The translations under genes and the position numbers were made by a program. The notes beneath the pieces are model-generated. The model made no database searches. It saw nothing but the letters and a program-made list of their open reading frames with translations, and was not told the origin of the DNA. Below, one piece after another: positions 26,411 through 32,754 of a stretch of 32,754 nt of DNA. Source of the DNA: Anaerolineae bacterium (GTDB lineage: Bacteria > Chloroflexota > Anaerolineae > B4-G1); NCBI GenBank assembly GCA_050049955.1, contig JASFVG010000003.1, positions 1 to 32,754 of the forward strand, given 5' to 3'. Position 1 is the stretch's first letter, and each line of letters starts with the position of its first letter.

Positions 26411-27040
26411 CTAGCCGGTGCCGAACAGCCGGTCCCCGGCGTCTCCCAGGCCAGGCACGATGTAGCCCGCATCGTTCAACCCCTCATCCACAGCAGCTAG
26501 GAACAGCGGGACATCGGGATGGGCGCTCGAGACAGTCTCGATTCCTCGGGCGGAGGCCACCACGCCTACGAATTTGATCCGTCTTGCTCCCCACTCCTTA
26601 AGCATATCGATGGCGGCAACCGCCGAACCTCCCGTGGCGAGCATAGGATCGAGGACCAGGGACACATCCACCGTCGGGCTTACCGGCAGGCGGGCGTAGT
26701 ACTCAATGGGCTCTAGCGTTTGTTCGTCGCGGCGCAGGCCAATGTGCCAAACCTCCGCATTTGGCATCATACTCCAGACGCCCTCGACCATTCCTAAACC
26801 AGCGCGCAGTATCGGGACGAGACCGACGCGCTCCTGCAAGCGATGCGCAGCTGACTGGCCCAAAGGCGTCGTTACGAAGACACTCTCGGTCGCGAGGCCT
26901 GCCGTGGCCTCGTAAGCAAGGAGGATCGAGATCTCCCGCAGCAACTCGCGGAACTTCTTCGGGTCAGTCCGTTGGTCGCGCAGCAGACCCATCTTGTGCT
27001 TGACCAGCGGGTGGGGCGAGATATGCACCTCGGCCGTCAT
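26411..27040 (-). CDS. upp: Uracil phosphoribosyltransferase
   Basis: HPLVKHK..LLRD, VPILRAGLGM, LDPMLATGGS, GYIVPGLGDAGDRLFGT; GGAGG RBS. Confidence 0.97.
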   Translation of the reverse strand: MTAEVHISPHPLVKHKMGLLRDQRTDPKKFRELLREISILLAYEATAGLATESVFVTTPLGQSAAHRLQERVGLVPILRAGLGMVEGVWSMMPNAEVWHIGLRRDEQTLEPIEYYARLPVSPTVDVSLVLDPMLATGGSAVAAIDMLKEWGARRIKFVGVVASARGIETVSSAHPDVPLFLAAVDEGLNDAGYIVPGLGDAGDRLFGTG

Positions 27041-27068
27041 CGTTCACCTCCTTGATGGTCGTCTGCCG

Positions 27069-27097
27069 ATTCTACCGGCGAAGCCCCTGCTTGTCAA
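27069..27097 (-). promoter_or_regulatory. Promoter of upp
   Basis: TTGACA (27097-27092), 17 bp spacer, TAGAAT (27074-27069). Confidence 0.75.
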
Positions 27098-27126
27098 AGA
27101 TTGCTTTCCCTTCGGCCTGTTCTAAG

Positions 27127-27132
27127 TATAAT
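27127..27132 (+). promoter_or_regulatory. -10 box of ruvB (near-leaderless)
   Basis: TATAAT 10 nt before ATG 27143; no SD sequence and no clear -35. Confidence 0.6.
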
Positions 27133-27142
27133 ACCTGCCACC

Positions 27143-28162
27143 ATGGGTGACCGCATCATCTCGTCACGGCTCGAGGATGACGAGGTTGTACTCGACCAGG
27201 CCCTCCGGCCGCAGCGCCTCAACGATCTGATCGGTCAGGGGACCTTGTGCACGAACCTGTGGATCCTCATTGAGGCGGCCAAGAAGCGCAACGAAGCTGT
27301 CGACCACGTGCTGCTGTACGGGCCGCCAGGCCTGGGCAAGACAACGCTGTCCCATATCATCGCGAACGAGATGGAGGTGCCCATCAGAGTCACCTCTGGG
27401 CCGGCCATTGAACGAACTGGCGATCTCGCGGCCATCCTCAGCAATCTACGGCACAAGGATGTGCTGTTCATCGACGAGGTGCACCGCCTCGGCCGTGCGG
27501 TGGAGGAGATCCTGTACCCTGCTATGGAGGACTTTGCCCTGGACTTCGTGATTGGGAAGGGACCCAGTGCCCGCTCGATCCGGCTCAATCTTCCGCGCTT
27601 CACCGTCGTGGGTGCCACCACGCGCCTTGCGCTGCTCACAGCGCCCTTGCGGTCGCGCTTCGGGGCCACCTTTCGCGTGGACTTCTACGATGAGGAGGAA
27701 CTAGCGACCATCGTCCGCCGCGCCGCGGATGTGCTCGAGGTGGAGATTGACCACGCGGGGGCGGCGGAGATTGCCCGCCGTGGCAGAGGGACACCTCGCG
27801 TGGCGTTGCGACTGCTCAAGAGGGTGCGCGACTATGCTCAAGTGCGTGCAGACGGGTGCATCACAGATCAAGTAGGCCGTGAGGCTCTCGAGCTGCTCAA
27901 CGTGGACAGAAAGGGTTTGGATGACCTGGATCGGCGGGTGCTGCACACCATCATTCGGAAGTTCGGCGGCGGCCCCGTCGGGTTGGACACGATTGCGGCG
28001 GCCGTTAGCGAGGAGTCGGACACCATCATGGACGTCATCGAGCCGTACTTGCTGCGCCTCGGGTTTCTGGACCGCACGCCCCGAGGACGCGTTGCCACGC
28101 TACGTGCTTACGAGCATCTCGGGATCCCTCCTGACGGACCTGAGCAGCCGATGCTGCTATGA
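27143..28162 (+). CDS. ruvB: Holliday junction branch migration helicase RuvB
   Basis: LRP..L...[44 protein letters not shown]; start reassigned to ATG 27143. Confidence 0.97.
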   Translation: MGDRIISSRLEDDEVVLDQALRPQRLNDLIGQGTLCTNLWILIEAAKKRNEAVDHVLLYGPPGLGKTTLSHIIANEMEVPIRVTSGPAIERTGDLAAILSNLRHKDVLFIDEVHRLGRAVEEILYPAMEDFALDFVIGKGPSARSIRLNLPRFTVVGATTRLALLTAPLRSRFGATFRVDFYDEEELATIVRRAADVLEVEIDHAGAAEIARRGRGTPRVALRLLKRVRDYAQVRADGCITDQVGREALELLNVDRKGLDDLDRRVLHTIIRKFGGGPVGLDTIAAAVSEESDTIMDVIEPYLLRLGFLDRTPRGRVATLRAYEHLGIPPDGPEQPMLL

Positions 28163-28218
28163 TGCGTTGAGTCGATTCCAATTGGCCAGCACCCATCGAT
28201 GCTACTCTGACGAGTCTG

Positions 28219-29535
28219 ATGAACCCTGAGTCACCCACCTACCGGGTTCCGTACGGAAGATCGACCGTTGCGTTCCGGCTACCTTCAGCCATGCGGGGCA
28301 CCGTCGTGACCTCCAGATCGGTTGAGCCGTTGGAACCTGTGGAGGCGGCCATTGCCGAGGCCCTGGCCTGCCCTATGGGTTCACCGCCTCTCCGGGAGTT
28401 GGCCAGGGAAGGTGACCACGTCTGTATCGTGTTCACGGACATCACCCGTGCCAGCCCCGATCATCTGCTCGTGCCGGCGCTGCTGCGAGAATTAGAGGCG
28501 GCAGGAGTCCGTGACGAAGACATCACACTGCTCTGCGGTATCGGGATGCACCGCGCCTCCACGCCTGGGGAGAAGGTGGCCAAGCTGGGTCAGGCTGTGG
28601 TCGAACGCTATCGGGTGATCGACAATGAGCCCCAGAATGACGCCATGTTGGTCGATCTAGGTATGACAGAGGGCGGCGTGCCGGTGTCAGCGCACCGGGC
28701 GGCGGTTGAGGCCGATCTACTGCTGGCCACCGGGCTGGTGGAGCCCCATCAGTACGCGGGCTACTCTGGCGGCCGGAAGACCGTCGCCGTCGGCGCTGCG
28801 GGGGAGGCCCTTATAGCACACACGCACGGGCCGGCCTTCGTTGACCATCCCGGCACGCGGCTGGGCCGTATTGAGGGCAACCCCTTCCACGAGGCGGTTA
28901 CGGAGGCGGCGAGGCGTGCCGGATTGGACTTCATTCTCAATGTCGTCCTGGACGACGAGAAGCGAGTCGTGCACGTGGGGGCCGGCAATCCGGTCGAGAC
29001 GCACGCTCAGCTCGTGGAATTCGCGCGCTCGATCTATGAGGTGCCTATCCCCCACCAGTACGACGTAGCCGTGGGCGGCGTAGGGTTCCCCAAGGATGCC
29101 AACCTTTACCAGGCCAGTCGAGCGGCCTCCTACCTCTTCTTCGCGCCCACGCCCATCGTGAGGCCGGGGGGGTACCTGATCGTGCCGGCGCGCTGCGAGG
29201 AAGGCGCCGGCGAGGGCGTGGGCGAGCAGCGGTTCTTCGAAGCGATGCGCGATGCCCCGGATGTTGAGGCGGTTCTCTGCGACGCTCGTGAGCATGGCTA
29301 TCCGCCGGGTCAGCAACGTGCATTCGTGATGGCAAAGGTGCTAGAGGAGGCCAGGGTGGTCATTGTGGGGAGCCAGTGCTCGGACGCCGTGTCTGCCTGC
29401 AAGATGACGCCGGCAGAATCCGTAGAGGAGGCACTGGCGCTGGCGGCAGAGGAGCTGGGGGAGGAGCTGGACGTCCTCGTCGTGCCCCACGCGTTGCTGA
29501 CGCTGCCGGTTGTCACCCCATCGGAGGCAGGATGA
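28219..29535 (+). CDS. larA: Nickel-pincer-dependent lactate racemase (LarA) family protein
   Basis: DITR, GMHR, EPHQYAGYSGGRK, GGVGFPKDANLYQ, RPGG..I..A.C.EG.G motifs. Confidence 0.88.
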   Translation: MNPESPTYRVPYGRSTVAFRLPSAMRGTVVTSRSVEPLEPVEAAIAEALACPMGSPPLRELAREGDHVCIVFTDITRASPDHLLVPALLRELEAAGVRDEDITLLCGIGMHRASTPGEKVAKLGQAVVERYRVIDNEPQNDAMLVDLGMTEGGVPVSAHRAAVEADLLLATGLVEPHQYAGYSGGRKTVAVGAAGEALIAHTHGPAFVDHPGTRLGRIEGNPFHEAVTEAARRAGLDFILNVVLDDEKRVVHVGAGNPVETHAQLVEFARSIYEVPIPHQYDVAVGGVGFPKDANLYQASRAASYLFFAPTPIVRPGGYLIVPARCEEGAGEGVGEQRFFEAMRDAPDVEAVLCDAREHGYPPGQQRAFVMAKVLEEARVVIVGSQCSDAVSACKMTPAESVEEALALAAEELGEELDVLVVPHALLTLPVVTPSEAG

Positions 29536-30416
29536 GACAGAAGGGTTTCCTTTCACGCCTACATCACGGTCATGTCATGGTCGCTGACGGGGCGATGGGC
29601 ACCATGCTTCAAGCCGCGGGCCTACCGCCAGGCACGTCTCCTGAGGGCTGGTTGCTGGAGAACCCCGAAGCAGTTGCCGGCGTGCACCGCTCATACATCG
29701 AAGCGGGATCCGACTTGATACTGACCTGCACGTTCGGCGCAACGCGGCCGCGACTGGAGCGCAGTGGACTCGGCCATCGTCTGGGCGAGATCAACCGGCT
29801 TGCAGTCGAGGTTGCGAGGCGCGCCGCGGGCGAAAGGGCGTTCGTGGCCGGTGACATCGGACCGCTCGGGGAATTCCTGGCCCCGCTTGGGCAGCTCTCC
29901 TATGAGGAGGCGGTGGACATCTTTGCCGAGCAGGCGTCGGCGCTTGCCGAGGCTGGCGTTGACGTGCTCTACGTCGAGACGATGTCCGCCCTTGAGGAGG
30001 CCAGGGCAGCCGTAGAGGGCGCCCTCCGGACCGGTAGCGGAGTGGCCGTCACTGCCACCCTCTCCTTCGACTCCCACGGGCGAACGAACATGGGCGTGCG
30101 CCCCGAGGAGGCAGCCGAAGCACTGCGCGAGTTGGGCGTGGCTGCCTTGGGTGCCAACTGTGGTGCCTCGCTCGAGATGACCTTGAGCGCTGTGCAGAGG
30201 ATGCATCACGTCGCACCCGAGATGCCTCTCGTCGTGAAGCCAAATGCGGGCAAGCCGCGTCTGGTTGGGGAAGAGGTGGTCTACGATGCTACGCCCGCCG
30301 GGCTTGCGAGCTACGCTGGGCGGTTCGTGGAACTAGGCGCAAGGATTGTTGGGGGCTGCTGCGGGTCAACGCCACAGCACATAGCCGCCATTGCCCGGGC
30401 CGTACGTCCCAGCTGA
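29532..30416 (+). CDS. Homocysteine S-methyltransferase family protein (stand-alone Hcy/Zn-binding domain)
   Basis: DGAMGTML, H..YI.AGSD...T.TFG, AGDIGP.G, ETM, GANC, PNAG.P, GGCCG; ATG 29532 overlaps the larA stop (ATGA) and has a GGAGG RBS. Confidence 0.9.
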   Translation: MRQKGFLSRLHHGHVMVADGAMGTMLQAAGLPPGTSPEGWLLENPEAVAGVHRSYIEAGSDLILTCTFGATRPRLERSGLGHRLGEINRLAVEVARRAAGERAFVAGDIGPLGEFLAPLGQLSYEEAVDIFAEQASALAEAGVDVLYVETMSALEEARAAVEGALRTGSGVAVTATLSFDSHGRTNMGVRPEEAAEALRELGVAALGANCGASLEMTLSAVQRMHHVAPEMPLVVKPNAGKPRLVGEEVVYDATPAGLASYAGRFVELGARIVGGCCGSTPQHIAAIARAVRPS

Positions 30417-30432
30417 CGGCCCCGTCGACGTC

Positions 30433-31551
30433 CTACAGCCCGCGCCGATAGACCCTGTGGCGCTTGTACCACTGGGCGCCGAAAGCGACGACCTCGCCCA
30501 AGCTCTTGATGTTCGTCTCCGCCACTTGCACCAGGTCGGCATATTCGAAGTCGAACTGAAGGGCGCTCTTTGCCATCTCGCTATACAACACTGCGTTGGC
30601 ACCGACGCCCTGGTGTTCGGACAACAGACCCACTCCGTTGAAGTTGACCCACTTCGTGCGCCTGAACTCCAGGAGGATGTGCAGCCAGCCGAAAGGCCAC
30701 AGCCGCCCGTTGGCCCGCTGGATGCCGGCTGAGATGTCCGGATAGCCCATCACGAACCCGATGACTTCCTCGTTCTTGATCACGAGCTTGATCAGGCGAG
30801 GATCGGCTACGGAAAGAAAGCGATCGGCGATGGCGCCAACCTCGGCCTCGTCGATCGGGTAGTACCCCCAGACCTCGGTGAAGGCCTCGTTGTTGATTCT
30901 CTGGATCTCTGGAACCCAGCGGCGCAGCTCCCGTTTACTGGAGAAGGACATCACGCGTAACCCCCGTCGCTCCTTCGCCCTCTCGGCGATGTCGTAGAAG
31001 CGCTGGGGCAGATCGTACTCTCCGCTCAGGTGGGCGGAGAGGTAGTCGATCTCCTTGCTGAACCCCAATTCTGTCAGGAGCTTCGGGTAGTAGGCGAGGT
31101 TGTATGGGACACCCAGCGCCGGGCGATGCTCGAATCCTTCCACCAGCAGGCCGTGTGCATCCGCACGAAGCATGCCGCGGGGACCCACGAGGACGTCCAG
31201 GCCGCGAGCGCGCGCCCAGGCTGCAGCCGCGTCGAACAGGGCCTTAGCGACCTCAGTATCCTCCACCGTCTCGAAGTAGTAGAAGAACGCCGTGTTGGTA
31301 TGGTGGTAAGCGTTGTAACGGCGGTTCTCCATCACCGCGATCCGTCCCAGGGTCTGATCCTCGTCCTGCGCGACGAAGAAATCGGCCGTGGAATGGCGAT
31401 AGAAGGGATACTTGTCCCGATTCAGGGCTAACTTCATGTCGGAGACCATAGGTGGGACCCACTGTGGAGAGCCGCGATACAGGCTGAAGGGTAGAGCAAT
31501 GAACTGACGTACGTCCTCCTGGTTCGATGTATCTATCCTGCGGACGTGCAT
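30433..31551 (-). CDS. GNAT-fold N-acyltransferase, YghO/bacterial ceramide synthase-like
   Basis: FI.LP..LY...P.WVPP..., PFY.H...FF.A...GRIA, FE...D.EVA.ALFDAA..W.R.RG...L.GP, GLLVEGF, PYN..YY, NGRLWPFGW, K.HRVY. Confidence 0.72.
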   Translation of the reverse strand: MHVRRIDTSNQEDVRQFIALPFSLYRGSPQWVPPMVSDMKLALNRDKYPFYRHSTADFFVAQDEDQTLGRIAVMENRRYNAYHHTNTAFFYYFETVEDTEVAKALFDAAAAWARARGLDVLVGPRGMLRADAHGLLVEGFEHRPALGVPYNLAYYPKLLTELGFSKEIDYLSAHLSGEYDLPQRFYDIAERAKERRGLRVMSFSSKRELRRWVPEIQRINNEAFTEVWGYYPIDEAEVGAIADRFLSVADPRLIKLVIKNEEVIGFVMGYPDISAGIQRANGRLWPFGWLHILLEFRRTKWVNFNGVGLLSEHQGVGANAVLYSEMAKSALQFDFEYADLVQVAETNIKSLGEVVAFGAQWYKRHRVYRRGL

Positions 31552-31566
31552 CTTCCCTCCGTTCCC

Positions 31567-32409
31567 TCAGGCAGCCACAAAGAAGGCCACAGCCAGTACG
31601 CCTGGTCCGGCGTGCGTGACAATCGCCGGCGGGACGTCGAGGATGGGGATGGTCTCGAGACCCAGTTCACTGCACAGGTCGTCGGCCAGAGCCTGTGCCT
31701 GGTCGGGCACGGATGCGTGCATGACCGAGATGTACCCGCCGCCATCTCGCGGAGTCTCCTCCAACACCAGCTCCTTAAGCCGCGCTAGCGCCCGCTTGTG
31801 CGTGCGGGTTCGCTCGAGCTGCTCCACCTGTCCATCCCGCAAGCTGAGGATTGGCTTAATCTGGAGCACGCTCCCCACTAGCGCCGACGCACCCCCGATG
31901 CGGCCGCCCTTTGCTAGATACTCCAGTGTGGCCACCAGAAAGTAGATGCGACAGCGGGGGATGAGCGCGCGGAGCCGCGCCTCAATGACGTCGGCGTCGA
32001 GGCCGGCCTGGGCCCACTCGGCTGAGAGGGTCACCAATGTCGCCAGGCCGCTTCCGATCACGCGCGTATCGATCACTCGAATGTCTGCGTTGGGGAAGTC
32101 GGCAGCCGCCACCGTGGCGGACCGAACCGTGCCGCTTAGTTCGGTCGATGGATGGATGCACAGTATCGCCTCTGCCTCGGGCGCCAGTTGTTCGAACGTC
32201 TGGGAGAACAGCTCCGGCGGCGGAGCCGATGTCTTGGGCAATTCCGAGGATGCCTGCAACCGCTCCATGAACGTCGCGTGATCGATCGCCTGACCTTCCA
32301 GGTAAGAATCGGACCCGAAGATGATCACCTGGGGGATCACGGGTATGTCGTATTGCTCTGCTACCTCGCTCGGCAGGCCTGCCGTGGTGTCGGTGACGAT
32401 CTTGACCAT
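31567..32409 (-). CDS. degV: DegV family fatty-acid-binding protein
   Basis: VKIVTDTT, PKTSAP, S.ELSGT..SA, LEYLAKGGRIG, IKPIL, HAGPG; AAGGAG RBS. Confidence 0.95.
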   Translation of the reverse strand: MVKIVTDTTAGLPSEVAEQYDIPVIPQVIIFGSDSYLEGQAIDHATFMERLQASSELPKTSAPPPELFSQTFEQLAPEAEAILCIHPSTELSGTVRSATVAAADFPNADIRVIDTRVIGSGLATLVTLSAEWAQAGLDADVIEARLRALIPRCRIYFLVATLEYLAKGGRIGGASALVGSVLQIKPILSLRDGQVEQLERTRTHKRALARLKELVLEETPRDGGGYISVMHASVPDQAQALADDLCSELGLETIPILDVPPAIVTHAGPGVLAVAFFVAA

Positions 32410-32512
32410 ATCTCGCTCCTTTGACGGCGCTCCGCGAGGGAGCCTCCTTGATACGTGGCTGCGTTCCGCCCTTCAGCCCGCGAACGTGCCCTGGCGATCG
32501 GGGGTGCAAGCC

Positions 32513-32541
32513 ATCATACCACAGAACCCTCAGCCTGTCAG
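32513..32541 (-). promoter_or_regulatory. Putative promoter of the degV-GNAT operon
   Basis: CTGACA (32541-32536), 17 bp spacer, extended TGgTATGAT (hexamer 32518-32513). Confidence 0.55.
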
Positions 32542-32680
32542 ATGATTCACCGTGCGAACGCGGACCTCGACGGACGCTCGCTGTGCCTAGACCTCGTTGG
32601 CGCCTATGGATTCGGCCGGCGACGCCAATACCGATTAGCGGTTCAAGCGCTGGGTCCTATCAGGGTAGCAGGCCCGTTGC

Positions 32681-32709
32681 TGGACTTGACACGGGTTCCC
32701 GAGTATACT
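32681..32709 (+). promoter_or_regulatory. Putative promoter for the gene leaving the window
   Basis: TGGACT (32681-32686), 17 bp spacer, TATACT (32704-32709). Confidence 0.5.
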
Positions 32710-32719
32710 TCCGCGCGCG

Positions 32720-32754
32720 ATGGCGAACTCGAAGGCGGACTCGAAGGCGAACTC
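32720..32754 (+). CDS. Probable 5' end of an unidentified gene (MANSKADSKAN...)
   Basis: ATG 10 nt after TATACT; frame open to the window edge. Confidence 0.4.
   Translation, partial: MANSKADSKAN
32722..32754 (+). repeat. 12-bp tandem repeat, at least 2.75 copies
   Basis: GGCGAACTCGAA GGCGGACTCGAA GGCGAACTC. Confidence 0.8.

Noticed and set aside
27100-27142. LexA box upstream of ruvB
   Set aside because: Only a GTTC half-site; no GAAC-N4-GTTC
32722-32754. Possible CRISPR start
   Set aside because: The units are 12 bp and contiguous, with no spacers and no cas genes in the window

Overview
GC-rich bacterial chromosomal window, mostly housekeeping genes; the gene architecture suggests Chloroflexota/Anaerolineae, which is an inference. 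In order: glpK (truncated by the left edge), galK, a TetR-regulated heterodimeric ABC exporter, queG, a nusA-ylxR-infB-rbfA-nrnA-truB-ribF operon lacking rimP, a two-gene cell-surface operon (secreted PPC-repeat/SdrD-B-like protein plus a membrane-anchored protein with a sortase-like domain lacking catalytic residues and DUF4352-type domains), era, yhhQ, an EF-G2 paralog, tryptophanase, a WecA/TagO-type transferase, upp, ruvB, a LarA-family protein, a stand-alone homocysteine methyltransferase domain, a GNAT protein resembling bacterial ceramide synthase, degV, and the probable start of another gene. No tRNA, rRNA, CRISPR or mobile element was recognised. Most notable: the pseudo-sortase surface module, the EF-G2 G4 motif reading NKIN instead of NKxD, tandem terminators in the nusA leader, an alpha-CTD-like extension on NusA, and the degV-bCerS-like pair. 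All assignments come from motif recognition by eye; no searches were run.
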